Shown: in pieces, positions 28,984 to 38,842 of the stretch | How positions within the stretch are numbered: the first letter of the stretch is position 1 | How the letters are laid out: each line of letters starts with the position of its first letter | Assembly (NCBI GenBank): GCA_963808675.1 | Contig: CAWEGS010000007.1 | Location: forward strand, 457,760 to 521,759 | DNA from: an uncultured Solirubrobacteraceae bacterium | Lineage (GTDB): Bacteria > Actinomycetota > Thermoleophilia > Solirubrobacterales > Solirubrobacteraceae | Direction of reading: 5' to 3' | DNA: 64,000 nucleotides | The notes under the pieces: model-generated | Databases searched by the model: none | Seen by the model: the letters and a program-made list of their open reading frames with translations, nothing else | What the model was told of the DNA's origin: nothing | Program-made: the position numbers and the translations under genes

Positions 28984-29151
28984 TGGACCCACCCCGAGTG
29001 TGGTCGTTTGCCCCGACCCCAAAATGCACCTGCACTGTAGCGCGCGGGGAACGCTCGCACGAGACCTTTGTCTTCGCACCAGGGCGGACCCCCAGGATTT
29101 TGTCAGCCCGAGCGACGAGCAGGCGGCCTGGCAGTCGGGCTGAGCGGTTGC

Positions 29152-29907
29152 TCAGCCTGCCCGATCGACGAGCCGCCGGCGGTCCTCGGCGGAAAGGAAC
29201 GGTCCCTCTCCCGCGGCGACGTTCGCCCGCGCGTGGGGGACGCTCGAGGTTGCCGGGATCGCCACGTGGACGCGCTCGTCGGACAGCGTCCACCTGAGCA
29301 GCTCGGCGGGGTCCACGCGCGCCGCGAGCGTGCCTCCGCCAAGCGGCCGCATCGCGATCACACCGAGGTCGAGCTCCGCGGCCAGCGGCAGAATCCGGCG
29401 CTCGGCAGCGCGCTCGAGCGGGTTGTACGGCACTTGGATCGCGTCGATCCGGCCGCTGCGCATCACCTGCTCGAGCTCGTCGAACGCGCCGGCCGCGTAG
29501 TGGGTGGCGCCGAGGACGCCGATCCGGCCGGCGGCGCGCTCCTCCTCGAGCCAGTCGAGGTGCTCACGCCAGGCGACGAGGTTATGGACCTGCTCGAGGT
29601 CGATCCGGCCCCCGAACAAGGCGAGCTGCGCGTCGTACTGCCGGTGCGCCTCAGGCATCGAGCTCGTCCAGATCTTCGTAGCCACCCGGGCCCCGTCGCG
29701 CCGGGCGCCGAGCGCGCGGCCGAGCACGCCTTCGGCGCGCCCGTACATCGGGGAGGAGTCGAAGAACCGGGTGCCACCGGCCCACATGGCCTCGACCACT
29801 CCGCGCGCGCCGTCCTCCCCGTCCGGCCCGACATCGAAGGTCTGCCAGGTGCCGAGTCCGATCACCGGCACCTCCCAACCTGAGCGTCCGAAGCGGCGAA
29901 CCTCCAT
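29152..29907 (-). CDS. Aldo/keto reductase
   Basis: IGLGTW, FDSSPMYG, ATK, QVHN, QVPYN. Confidence 0.9.
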   Translation of the reverse strand: MEVRRFGRSGWEVPVIGLGTWQTFDVGPDGEDGARGVVEAMWAGGTRFFDSSPMYGRAEGVLGRALGARRDGARVATKIWTSSMPEAHRQYDAQLALFGGRIDLEQVHNLVAWREHLDWLEEERAAGRIGVLGATHYAAGAFDELEQVMRSGRIDAIQVPYNPLERAAERRILPLAAELDLGVIAMRPLGGGTLAARVDPAELLRWTLSDERVHVAIPATSSVPHARANVAAGEGPFLSAEDRRRLVDRAG

Positions 29908-30009
29908 TTATCGGAACGCTACCTCAGGGCGGGAAACTTCCCCACTCGTGCGGACGCTCCAGATAGCGTCGGCAGGCACTCGCACACACGACCGTCAGGG
30001 GGTAGCACA

Positions 30010-30375
30010 ATGGCTGGAGACGCACTGTTCCTGGGTTGGGGTCAGGTGGTGCGCGGACGCGAGCAACGCGCGCTGGAGGTGTTCCAGGAGAGCGTCGCGT
30101 ATTACGCCAAGCTGCAGGAGAGCGGCGAGATCGAGCGCTTCGAGGCGTTCCTGCTCGACCCGCACGGCGGCGACCTCGCCGGGTTCTTCCTGATTCACGG
30201 CGAGCGTTCCAAGCTCGACGCCCTGCGCGGCGACCAGGACTTCCGGCGGCTGCTCGTCACCGCCGGATCGATCATCGACAACCTGGGCCTCGTCGGCGCC
30301 CACACCGGCGATGCGCTCGGGCAGCAGATGGCCGTGTTCGGCGAGGTCTCGCAGGGCCTGCCTCAGGCCAAGTAG
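30010..30375 (+). CDS. Conserved hypothetical protein (small alpha/beta protein)
   Basis: GWGQVVRGRE...LDPHGGDLAGF; strong GC3 bias; RBS present. Confidence 0.75.
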   Translation: MAGDALFLGWGQVVRGREQRALEVFQESVAYYAKLQESGEIERFEAFLLDPHGGDLAGFFLIHGERSKLDALRGDQDFRRLLVTAGSIIDNLGLVGAHTGDALGQQMAVFGEVSQGLPQAK

Positions 30376-31055
30376 GAGCTCCGTCCGGTCGGCTCGCCGA
30401 GCCACCCGAGAGCCGCCTCCAGCGCGGCGTGGTTGCTCGTCACGACGGGTCGGCCGAGGGCATCCTGGATCCGCTCGCGGGCCTCGACCGCCCGCAGGTT
30501 CGTGCACGACACGAACACGAGATCGGCGTCGACGTCGCGCAGGCGCTCGACCGCCGCGGCCTCGATCCGGTCGGGCTCGAGCGCGCCGATCTCGGCATTG
30601 ACGGCGAGCCCGAGTCCGTGAATCGCCGCCACCTTAAGGCCGTCCGCCTCGAGGCTCGCCCGAATCGTGTCGTTGAGCGCTTCGACGTACGGCGTCAGCA
30701 CGCCGACCCGGGCGGCACCGCGAGCGGCGATCGCGCGGCGGACGGCGCCGGCCACGCTGATCGCGTGCGACCCGGTGCGCTCCGCGATCCGCTCGACGAG
30801 CTCCGCCTCCCACGCGTTGCCCCGCAGCACGCCGGCACTCGTGCAGGCGAACACGACTACGTCGGGCCGGACCGTGGCGAGATCCCGCAGCGCGCCGGGG
30901 AGGTGCGCGTCGAGCATCGTCGCCTCGTCCTCGGGCCGGACCTCGTCGAGGTACATCCGCGCGGTGTGCAGAGTCGCGCCGGCGGGCAGCCGCCGGTAGA
31001 AGTCGACCTCTGCGACCGTGTTCGAGGACGGGACGATCAGCCCGACGCGGCGCAC
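30363..31055 (-). CDS. Maleate cis-trans isomerase / Asp-Glu racemase superfamily protein
   Basis: GLIVPSSN..E, ACTS, TPY, SCTN, VVTSN. Confidence 0.9.
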   Translation of the reverse strand: MRRVGLIVPSSNTVAEVDFYRRLPAGATLHTARMYLDEVRPEDEATMLDAHLPGALRDLATVRPDVVVFACTSAGVLRGNAWEAELVERIAERTGSHAISVAGAVRRAIAARGAARVGVLTPYVEALNDTIRASLEADGLKVAAIHGLGLAVNAEIGALEPDRIEAAAVERLRDVDADLVFVSCTNLRAVEARERIQDALGRPVVTSNHAALEAALGWLGEPTGRSSYLA

Positions 31056-31056
31056 C

Positions 31057-32694
31057 TCACCTCGCGGTCACCGGCCGGCGCTCGCTCGCCTGCGGGGCGG
31101 GCGCCGTGCCCCGCCGCGACGGCCCCGCCTCGGCGCCGAGCCCGGTCGTGCTCCGGACGCGGACCTCGTCGAAACTGTCAAGCCCGAGCCTCTCGTGTCG
31201 GCCGAGCCACGTGCCGATCAGGCACCCGAGGAATCCGATCGGGACCGACACGATCGCCGGGTTGCCGAGCGGGAACGGCGCCGCCGTCTTGGGTGACCAC
31301 ACAAGCGGCGAGAGGATGATCAGCCCGATCGAGGAGATCAGCCCGAACGCGATCCCCACCACCACGCCGTAGGAGTTGAACCGCCGCCAGGTGAGGGCGA
31401 GCAGCAACACGGGGAAGTTCGCCGAGGCGGCGACCGCGAACGTCATGCCGACGAGCAGCTGGACGTTGAACGTCTTGCCGGCGACAAGCGCGATGATCGC
31501 GCCGACGATCCCGATCACGGTGACAGCCACGCGGCCGGCCACGATCTCCTCGCGGTCGGTCGAGCGACCCCTCCGCAGCACGGTGCCGTAGACGTCGTGG
31601 GCGGCCGCTCCCGAGGCGGCCATCAGCACACCGGCGACGACGGCCAGGATCGTGGTGAACGCCACGGCGCTGATCGCCGCGAAGAAGATGTCGCCGCCGG
31701 CGTGGCCTGGCCCGCCGCCAAGGTGCTGGGCCAGGTAGGGGGCGATCAGGTTGCCGCTCTTGCCGCCGAGCTTCTCGCCCGCTGGGCCGAGGATCGCCCT
31801 GCCGCCGAGCCCGATGATCGCCACGAACACGTAGAACACACCGATCAGGCCGACGGCCCAGCCGATCGAGCGGCGCGCGGCGCGGGCGTCGGGGACGGTC
31901 ATGAACCGCATCAGGATGTGCGGGAGCCCGAGCGTGCCGAGCATGAACGCAAGGCCGGTCGAGATCTCATCGACCCGGTTGGGGAACACCAGGCCCGGGC
32001 CGCCGTACGCCTTGCCCTGACCAGAGCGGGCGGCCGCCCGGTCGAGCAGGCGGATCGGGTTGAACCCGAACTTGGCCAGCACCCAGATCGCCATCGTCGC
32101 CACGCCGACCATCAGCAGCGTCGCCTTGACGATCTGCACCCAGGTGGTGGAGACCATCCCGCCGAGCACCACGTACACGAGGATCGCGGCCACCGTGATC
32201 AGCACCCCCGCCCAGAACGGGACGCCGACGAGCGCTTCGATCAGCGAGCCCGCTGCCACAGACTGCGCGACCACGTAGAACGCCGCGATGCACATCGTCG
32301 AGATCCCGGACGCCACGAGCACCCGGCTGATCGGGAGCCGCAGCGCGAGCACGTCGGCCATCGTGTAGCGGCCGGCGTGGCGCATCCGCTCGGCCAGCAG
32401 CACGAGCAGCGGCACGAACGACAGCAGCGCGGCGATCCCGGTCATGTAGCCGTCGAACCCCGACAGGAACATCAGCCCGACGACGCCGAGGAACGCCGCC
32501 GCGGAGAGGAACTCGCCGGCGATCGCGATCCCGTTCTGCGCGCCCGAGACGCCGCGGCCGGCCGACCAGAAGTCGGTCGCCGACCGGATCTTCCGGGCCG
32601 CCCAGAACGTGATCGCCAGCGCGAGGCCGAGGACGGCGACGAACACGCCGATCGTGAGGCCGCGCGCGGGCGCGGCTGCGGTGATCAGGATCAT
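31057..32694 (-). CDS. actP: Cation/acetate symporter-like SSS transporter
   Basis: QNGIAIAGEFLSAAAFLG, TTWVQIVKA, GLPHILMRF, AFTTILAVVAG, ASANFP. Confidence 0.9.
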   Translation of the reverse strand: MILITAAAPARGLTIGVFVAVLGLALAITFWAARKIRSATDFWSAGRGVSGAQNGIAIAGEFLSAAAFLGVVGLMFLSGFDGYMTGIAALLSFVPLLVLLAERMRHAGRYTMADVLALRLPISRVLVASGISTMCIAAFYVVAQSVAAGSLIEALVGVPFWAGVLITVAAILVYVVLGGMVSTTWVQIVKATLLMVGVATMAIWVLAKFGFNPIRLLDRAAARSGQGKAYGGPGLVFPNRVDEISTGLAFMLGTLGLPHILMRFMTVPDARAARRSIGWAVGLIGVFYVFVAIIGLGGRAILGPAGEKLGGKSGNLIAPYLAQHLGGGPGHAGGDIFFAAISAVAFTTILAVVAGVLMAASGAAAHDVYGTVLRRGRSTDREEIVAGRVAVTVIGIVGAIIALVAGKTFNVQLLVGMTFAVAASANFPVLLLALTWRRFNSYGVVVGIAFGLISSIGLIILSPLVWSPKTAAPFPLGNPAIVSVPIGFLGCLIGTWLGRHERLGLDSFDEVRVRSTTGLGAEAGPSRRGTAPAPQASERRPVTAR

Positions 32695-33047
32695 CGGGTC
32701 TCCTCCTCGTAACCGCGGCGCCTCAGCAGCTCGGCCGCCATCGCTTCGAGCCGCCCGGCGAACCGCAGGTAGGACCACACGAGCACCCAGACGAGCACCG
32801 TCAGGGCCAGGATCCACACGTAGGCCACCGTCAAGCCGCCGTCGACCGACCTGCTCATGAACGGGCGGGCGTAGCCGGCCAGAATCAGGAAGACGCCGAA
32901 CACCACGCCGAATATCCCCAGCGTGGTCCACGCCGCACGCCGCCGCCGGGACTCGAGCCGCCGGAACTCGGCCGACTCGGCGATCTCCCGCCACGGCGTG
33001 GGGGGACGGGACGCGCCATTAACCGAAGTGTCGCTTACCTCAGACAC
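32691..33047 (-). CDS. DUF485 (YjcH-like) small membrane protein
   Basis: EFRRLESRRRR plus two TM helices; coupled to actP. Confidence 0.88.
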   Translation of the reverse strand: MSEVSDTSVNGASRPPTPWREIAESAEFRRLESRRRRAAWTTLGIFGVVFGVFLILAGYARPFMSRSVDGGLTVAYVWILALTVLVWVLVWSYLRFAGRLEAMAAELLRRRGYEEETR

Positions 33048-33188
33048 TGCGCTCTCCTCTCTCCGGACCCGTTTCCTGCGCTACCCACGGCGCGCGCGTG
33101 GCAATCGCCACGCGCGCGGCGAGGCAATCGCTGCGGCGATGTGAAAGAACCATTGCGCATCTGCGACCGCCGTGCGAAGATCCGAAAC

Positions 33189-33812
33189 ATGTCTTTCCTA
33201 TCTGCCGACGATGCGCCTGAACGGACCGGCGCCCTCGAACCGGGCGAGCATGGCGCACCCGAGCGCCGCATCCGCGTCACCGACCCCCGGGCGCTGCGCG
33301 TCCTCGCTCATCCGCTCCGCCTGGCCCTGCTCGACCGGCTGATGGCGTTCGGCGAGCAGACCGCCGCCCAGTGCGCGGCTGCGGTCGGCTCGACCGCCTC
33401 CAACTGCAGCTACCACCTGCGCGCGCTCGCGCGCGCAGGCCTGGTGGCGCCGGGGGAGTCGGCCGACGGCCGCGAGCACCCGTGGCGGGCGGCGGCGACA
33501 GGGCTCGAGTTCGGTCCGGCCGGCGCCCGGGAACCGGCGGCGGAGGCGCTCGACGCGCTCGTCATGACCCGTGAGGAAGAGCTGACGCGCGAAGCGGTCG
33601 CCCGCCACCGGACCCAACCACCGGCGTGGCAGGCCGCCGAGGCGCACCACAGCTACGCGCTGCGGATAGCTCCGGAGGAACTCGAGCGGCTCGTCGCCGA
33701 GATCGACCGGCTCGTGCGCCCGTACATCGCCCTCACCCGGGGACCAGGTCCGGGCGGCGCGGACGCCGCGTACCTGCGGCTGCATGCGTTCCGCCACCCG
33801 CAGGCGCCGTGA
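33189..33812 (+). CDS. ArsR-like winged-HTH regulator with C-terminal extension
   Basis: TDPRALRVLAHPLRLALL, SYHLRALARAGLV, GREHPW. Confidence 0.88.
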   Translation: MSFLSADDAPERTGALEPGEHGAPERRIRVTDPRALRVLAHPLRLALLDRLMAFGEQTAAQCAAAVGSTASNCSYHLRALARAGLVAPGESADGREHPWRAAATGLEFGPAGAREPAAEALDALVMTREEELTREAVARHRTQPPAWQAAEAHHSYALRIAPEELERLVAEIDRLVRPYIALTRGPGPGGADAAYLRLHAFRHPQAP

Positions 33813-35149
33813 CCGGCCGGGCCGCCTACCGTCGGTTGTGCGCGGCGGTCACGGTCTCGGAGACCGGCGACTGGCTGCTGTTCATCGCGCTGCCTCTGTA
33901 CGTGCTGCAGGCGTCGGGCTCGGCACTCGGGACCTCAACCGTGTTCCTCGCCGAGCTCGTCCCGGCCGTTGTGGTCGGCACGACGTGCGGCCCGCTGATC
34001 GATCGCTGGCGCTCGGGGCGACTGCTCGCCGTACTCACCGGCGCGCAGGCCGTCGTCCTGCTCCCGCTGCTGTGGCTCGGGCCGGGACGGCTGTGGATGG
34101 CGATCGCGGTCGCCGCCGCCGAGGCGGCGATCTCGAGCCTCACGATCCCAGCGCTGCAGGCCGTCCTCCCGTCGCTCGTCGACCCCGATCGCCTGGCGGC
34201 GGCCAACGCGACGGTGCAGACCGCGAGTAACGCGGCGCGCCTGATCGGGTCTCCGCTCGGGGGCGCGCTGCTGCCGGCGCTCGGGTTGCGCGGGCTCGTG
34301 CTCGGCGACATGGCGAGCTTCCTGATCAGCGCCGCGCTGCTCGCCGGCTGCCGCTCCGGCGCCGACCCGGCACCGGCCGCCCGGCAGAGGCCTGCCGATG
34401 GGATCGAGAGTCCCGGACGCACCGGCGCGCTCGCCGAGGGCTGGCGCGCGGTCCGGCGCTCGCCCACCTTGACCGCGTCGCTCGTGATCGCCGCCCTCGG
34501 AGCGGTCGCCCAAGGGATGTTCCTCGTGCTGTTCGTCCTGTTCGTGCTGCGCTCGCTGCACGGCGGCGATCAGCTCGTGGGGCTGCTACGCGGGGTCCAG
34601 GCGATCGGCGGCGTCACCGGCGGGCTCGTGGTCAGCCGCCTGGCCGCGCGCCTGAGCCCGCGGTGGCTGACCGTGTCCGGGCTCGCGGCGTTCGGGCTGC
34701 TCTCGCTGATCACCTGGAACAGCCCGGCGCTCACCACCGCCAGCTGGTGGTACCTGGGCCTGTTCGTGGTGGTCGGGGTGCCCGCCACCGCGCTCACCGC
34801 CGGCCTGCTGACCGGCGCCCAGAGCGCCTGCCCACCGGCGGTGCTCGGCCGGGTGCTGAGCCTCGTGCAGGCGGCCGAGGCGCTCGGCCAGGGGGCCGGG
34901 ATCCTCGTCGCGGGGCTGCTCGCCGGAGGCATCTCGCTGACGGTTCTCCTTGACGCCCAGGCCGGCTGCTACCTCGCGTGCGCGCTGATCGCGCTCGCAC
35001 GCTTCGGGCGCGCCGGGCGCGCCGGGCACGCCGGGCGCGCCGGGCACGCCGGGCGCGCCGGGCACGCCGTGCAGGCCGGGCACGCCGGCGGCGAGCCGAC
35101 GCGCGGGGCGCAACCGGGAGCCGGCCGCGCCCTGCGCGCCGAGGGGTGA
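33809..35149 (+). CDS. MFS transporter
   Basis: SETGDW, GPLIDRW, about 12 TM helices; GTGA overlap with the regulator gene. Confidence 0.9.
   Translation: MTGRAAYRRLCAAVTVSETGDWLLFIALPLYVLQASGSALGTSTVFLAELVPAVVVGTTCGPLIDRWRSGRLLAVLTGAQAVVLLPLLWLGPGRLWMAIAVAAAEAAISSLTIPALQAVLPSLVDPDRLAAANATVQTASNAARLIGSPLGGALLPALGLRGLVLGDMASFLISAALLAGCRSGADPAPAARQRPADGIESPGRTGALAEGWRAVRRSPTLTASLVIAALGAVAQGMFLVLFVLFVLRSLHGGDQLVGLLRGVQAIGGVTGGLVVSRLAARLSPRWLTVSGLAAFGLLSLITWNSPALTTASWWYLGLFVVVGVPATALTAGLLTGAQSACPPAVLGRVLSLVQAAEALGQGAGILVAGLLAGGISLTVLLDAQAGCYLACALIALARFGRAGRAGHAGRAGHAGRAGHAVQAGHAGGEPTRGAQPGAGRALRAEG
35006..35087 (+). repeat. 9-bp tandem repeat in the MFS 3' end (GRA/GHA tripeptides)
   Basis: GGGC(G/A)CGCC about 9 times, one copy degenerate. 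Confidence 0.8.
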
Positions 35150-35406
35150 GCCGCGAGACGGGTTATGCGATGCGGGCGCGTAGAGAGCGCAGCTTCGGCC
35201 GCCAGGAGCTCGAGCGATGCAAGCGGGACCCGCGGCCCTCGCCCGAGCGGGCTGCGAGCCGGCGGGCGTTCGCCTCGCGCCGGAGATCGTCGAAACGGGG
35301 CTGGGCGGTGGCGTGGAGCAGATGGGAGTTCACCGGGGCCTCCTGGGGAGCGTGGGCTGGTATCCCTAAGACGGTTGGTCCGCCCGCAACTCATCGCCGC
35401 GGCCCG

Positions 35407-35434
35407 CGATGATTTCGCCGGCTGTCGCCGGTCT
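35407..35434 (+). promoter_or_regulatory. SigG-like ECF promoter CGATGA-N18-GTCT
   Basis: CGATGATTTCGCCGGCTGTCGCCGGTCT upstream of the DHFR-like gene; the same motif occurs at 54018-54045. Confidence 0.6.
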
Positions 35435-35468
35435 AGAGGCCACCAACAACACGTCACGGGAGAGGCCA

Positions 35469-36011
35469 ATGGGCAGAATCGCAGTGCACGAATTCATCAC
35501 CCTCGACGGCGTCGTCGAGACGCCCTCGTGGACGGCTCCCTACCCGTTCGACCCGAAGATGGGCGAGGCGATCGGCGGCCTGATGCAGTCGAGCAGCGGA
35601 CTGCTGCTCGGCCGCGCGACGTACGAGATGTTCGCCGCGTCGTGGTCGGGGCGGACCGCCGAGGACGATCCCGGCGCCCCGTTCATGAACGGGGCGCGCA
35701 AGTACGTCGTGTCGAGCACGCTGCAGTCCGGCGACTGGAACAACTCGGAGCTGGTCGGCGCCTACCACCCCGGGACGATCCGCGCGCTCAAGGAGAGGAC
35801 CGACGGCCTGTACGTGAGCGGCAGCGTCCAGCTCGTGCGGGCGATGCTCGCCGACGGGCTCGTCGACGAGCTCCATCTGTTCGTGTTCCCGCTCGCGCTC
35901 GGCGCCGGCCTGAAGCTGTTCGCCGATGGCGAGCAGGTGATGCTCGAGCTGGCCGAGACGGAGGCGTACTCGAGCGGGGTCGTGCACCTCGGCTACCGGG
36001 CCGCTGTCTGA
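35469..36011 (+). CDS. Dihydrofolate reductase family (RibD C-terminal) protein
   Basis: FITLDGV, LLGRATYE, KYVVSSTL, GSVQLV, LVDELHL, GVVHLGY. Confidence 0.9.
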   Translation: MGRIAVHEFITLDGVVETPSWTAPYPFDPKMGEAIGGLMQSSSGLLLGRATYEMFAASWSGRTAEDDPGAPFMNGARKYVVSSTLQSGDWNNSELVGAYHPGTIRALKERTDGLYVSGSVQLVRAMLADGLVDELHLFVFPLALGAGLKLFADGEQVMLELAETEAYSSGVVHLGYRAAV

Positions 36012-36041
36012 GCCGGCAACCGCTGGCGGTCGCCACCCGAA

Positions 36042-36545
36042 TCAGGCGGCCGCCAGCGCGTCGACGGGGCGCAGCTCCTCGGCGTAACTGATCGAGCGGC
36101 GGCGCATCACGCCGTCGTTGTCGATCGCGTACTGACCGAGGCGCCACAGGGGCGGCGAGTAGGCGTGGATCGAGACCGATCGGCTCTGCTCTCCGGCCAG
36201 GCGGTGGATGTGGTCAGGTCCGAACGAGAACGACTCGCCGGCAGTCACGATCCGCACCGCGGGTGTCCCGCCGATCCGCGGGTTCGACTCGGACAGTGCC
36301 CCGTCGACGACTCGCACGGCGCCCGACGAGATGTCGTGGTCGTGCCAGCCGGTGTCGTTCCGCTGCGTCCAGCACAGCAGCCATACGTCGACGTAGTCGT
36401 CGCGGTACAGCGACGCATACACGCGCTGGTCGTCGGAGAAGTCGATCTGGGCACGCCATCGATCCGGGTTGCGGGCGAGCTCGTCGACGAGCGACGTGAG
36501 CTCCTCGCGGTCAAGATTGCGCGACGGCAGCGGTCGCCAGCTCAT
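36042..36545 (-). CDS. Cysteine/thiol dioxygenase family protein
   Basis: VWLLCW, TGWHDH, IHR, SIHAYSPP; GGAGG RBS. Confidence 0.9.
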   Translation of the reverse strand: MSWRPLPSRNLDREELTSLVDELARNPDRWRAQIDFSDDQRVYASLYRDDYVDVWLLCWTQRNDTGWHDHDISSGAVRVVDGALSESNPRIGGTPAVRIVTAGESFSFGPDHIHRLAGEQSRSVSIHAYSPPLWRLGQYAIDNDGVMRRRSISYAEELRPVDALAAA

Positions 36546-37434
36546 GTGACACCTCCTGTTCGAACAGGCGGGTGGGGTTGGCAGTGCAAACGGCGAAGCG
36601 TGCGGCGTCGCCGAACCCGGGGTCGCCGGGCTCGCCATGCGGCCGGTCGGAGCCGTGTACGACGACGTCGATCCCGAGCACCCGGACGATCGCGTCGACC
36701 GCCCGCGGCCCGTACGACGACGTCTCGAGGAATGCGAGCTCGTCGACGACGGTGCGCTCGCCCGTGCGGGCCCGGTAGCGCTCGCCGTGCAGCGGCGCTA
36801 GGCCGGCCAGCATCGCGAAGCAGACGCGCAGCCGCGGGAAGCGCGGGCGGCCGAGCACGCGGAACGCGTACCACGCCGCGTGCATCTGCTGGACCTCGCC
36901 GACGATCGCCGGCCACCAGCCGGCGGGACCACGGCGGGACGGTGCGGGGCCGGGGTGGATGAACAGCGGGCGCTCGCGGGTCCCCAGCAGCTCGAGCAGC
37001 GGTGCGACGCGCTCGTAGCAGTCGCCGTCGAGCAGGGCGGTGGCGGGGAGCTGGAGACCGGCGCAGCCGCGGTCGAGCTGGGTGGCGAGGTCGGTCGGGT
37101 CGGGGTCGAGGACGGCGGCCGACGCCCAAGCGCGGAACACCGGCGGGAGTGCGCGGACGCCCTCGTGGTAGGCGGCGAGCAGCTCGGCGCTCTCGCCGAC
37201 GGGCAGCTGCTCGATGCCGAGCTCGCCGGGGAGCGCGATCAGGGCCACCTCAAGACCGTCGGCGCGTACCTGCGCGGTCCGCTGGACGGGGTCGTGATCG
37301 GCGGGGTCGAGCGCCCGCGGCGCCTCGCCGGGGAGCTCGAGGGTCCAATCGTGCAGGCGCGGGGGCGCCGTCCGCTCGCGCAGGGCCTCGACGAGGGGAG
37401 CAGGCCAGAGATGCTGATGCACGTCGATGGTCAT
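36511..37434 (-). CDS. Amidohydrolase family protein
   Basis: IDVHQH, FIHPG, HGSDRP. Confidence 0.85.
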   Translation of the reverse strand: MTIDVHQHLWPAPLVEALRERTAPPRLHDWTLELPGEAPRALDPADHDPVQRTAQVRADGLEVALIALPGELGIEQLPVGESAELLAAYHEGVRALPPVFRAWASAAVLDPDPTDLATQLDRGCAGLQLPATALLDGDCYERVAPLLELLGTRERPLFIHPGPAPSRRGPAGWWPAIVGEVQQMHAAWYAFRVLGRPRFPRLRVCFAMLAGLAPLHGERYRARTGERTVVDELAFLETSSYGPRAVDAIVRVLGIDVVVHGSDRPHGEPGDPGFGDAARFAVCTANPTRLFEQEVSHELATAAVAQS

Positions 37435-37441
37435 GAATTTC

Positions 37442-37478
37442 TGAACCGCTTCATGAACCGTTTCAGTGAAGCGCTTAA
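37442..37478. promoter_or_regulatory. Three tandem LacI-type operators
   Basis: TGAACCGCTTCA, TGAACCGTTTCA and TGAAGCGCTTAA, immediately upstream of the amidohydrolase ATG and divergent from a LacI gene. Confidence 0.8.
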
Positions 37479-37752
37479 GTCGGTCGCCGTCAAGACCCCG
37501 AACCCGCGCCTGCCAGCAGCCGTCGCCTGCGGAGAGTGACCGGGCTCGCGCGGACCCCGGTCCAACTCGGCGACGTGGACCGGCGGGGACCGGTGGATGT
37601 TTGGCTCCATATCGGGGCACAACTTTCACCGATCCCTCCGGGCCCGCGCTGCCGATCCTGATTCTGGGCAGGACCTGTGGAGGTGGGTCGTGCATAGATC
37701 CAGCCGGGAAAACTGCCCGAACGAGCGGGTCCCGCCTCTACCCTTAGTTCCG

Positions 37753-38763
37753 GTGAACCCCACCAAGCGAGTCACGATCCGCGAGGTGGCGGACGCCGCG
37801 GGACTATCGCCTGCGGCTGTGTCGTACGCGCTGAGGGGCATCCAGGTGTCGGCCGAGACCCAGGAACGCGTCCGGAAGGTCGCGGAGGAGCTCGGGTACG
37901 AGGCCAACCCGATCGCGCGGGCGCTGGCCAGCGGGCGCTCGGGGATGGTGGGGATCGTCGGTCCGACGCTCGAGGACCTGTGGCAGCAGCGGCTCGTGGC
38001 GGAGGCCGGGCGCGTGCTGCTCGAGCATGACCGCTTCGCGCTGATCCTCGATGCCGGCGCCGATCCCGAGCGCCAGCGGATGCTGGCCGCACAGCTGCGC
38101 GATCAGCACGTCGACGGCATGATCGTCTCCCCGATCGATCCCTCCGACGGCTTCTGGACCGAGCTCTCGGCAACGCTGCCGGTCGTGTCGATCGGCGAGT
38201 CGCTGGCCGGGGCCAAGGCGGCCGGCGAGGTCCTGTTCGACAACCGGACCGGGGTCTCCGGTGCGCTCGGTCACCTGTACGGGCTCGGCCACCGCTGCGT
38301 GGCGGTCCTGCGGCCACCCGGCTCGCCGACCACCGACCGCCCGGCTGAGCTGTTCGTCGTGGCCGAGGCGGAGCGGCTCGGGCTCGACGCGCTCGTCGTG
38401 ACCGCGCCATACGAGCTCGACGAGGTCACGGTCGTCGCCCGCGAGCTGCTCGCCGCCGAGCGACGGACGACCGCCGTGTTCTGCTTCTCGGACTCGATCG
38501 CCTACGGCGTCTATGCCGCGGCGCGCGAGCTGTCGATCCCGATCCCGTCCGAGCTGTCGGTGATCGGCTACGACGACCACCCGATCTCGACGCTGCTGAC
38601 GCCGCCCCTCACGACCTTCAGCTGGGGCACCGAGCGCGTCGTCGAGACGGCGGTGGAGCTGCTGCTGGCGGCGATCGACGAGCAGGGTGTCCCGAACCGC
38701 CGGGTCGTGATCCAGCCGCAGCTGCGCGACCGTGGATCGACCGCGCCGCCGCCCGCCGGCTGA
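37753..38763 (+). CDS. LacI family transcriptional regulator
   Basis: TIREVADAAGLSPAAVSYAL, GYEAN..ARALA, SVIGYDD, PPLTT. Confidence 0.95.
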   Translation: MNPTKRVTIREVADAAGLSPAAVSYALRGIQVSAETQERVRKVAEELGYEANPIARALASGRSGMVGIVGPTLEDLWQQRLVAEAGRVLLEHDRFALILDAGADPERQRMLAAQLRDQHVDGMIVSPIDPSDGFWTELSATLPVVSIGESLAGAKAAGEVLFDNRTGVSGALGHLYGLGHRCVAVLRPPGSPTTDRPAELFVVAEAERLGLDALVVTAPYELDEVTVVARELLAAERRTTAVFCFSDSIAYGVYAAARELSIPIPSELSVIGYDDHPISTLLTPPLTTFSWGTERVVETAVELLLAAIDEQGVPNRRVVIQPQLRDRGSTAPPPAG

Positions 38764-38842
38764 GCCCCGCGGACGTATTGCGAGCGCTGCCGGACGGTGG
38801 GAGACTCGCGTCCGTCCACACGCGAACTCGAGGGGGCCCTCA

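Noticed and set aside
35150-35400. Possible ncRNA in a 250-bp intergenic gap
   Set aside because: No recognisable RNA family motif or convincing long stem.
37495-37745. Riboswitch (SAH or guanidine type) between the amidohydrolase and LacI genes
   Set aside because: Consensus cores are not matched, and the putative -35 box and operators lie downstream of this region.
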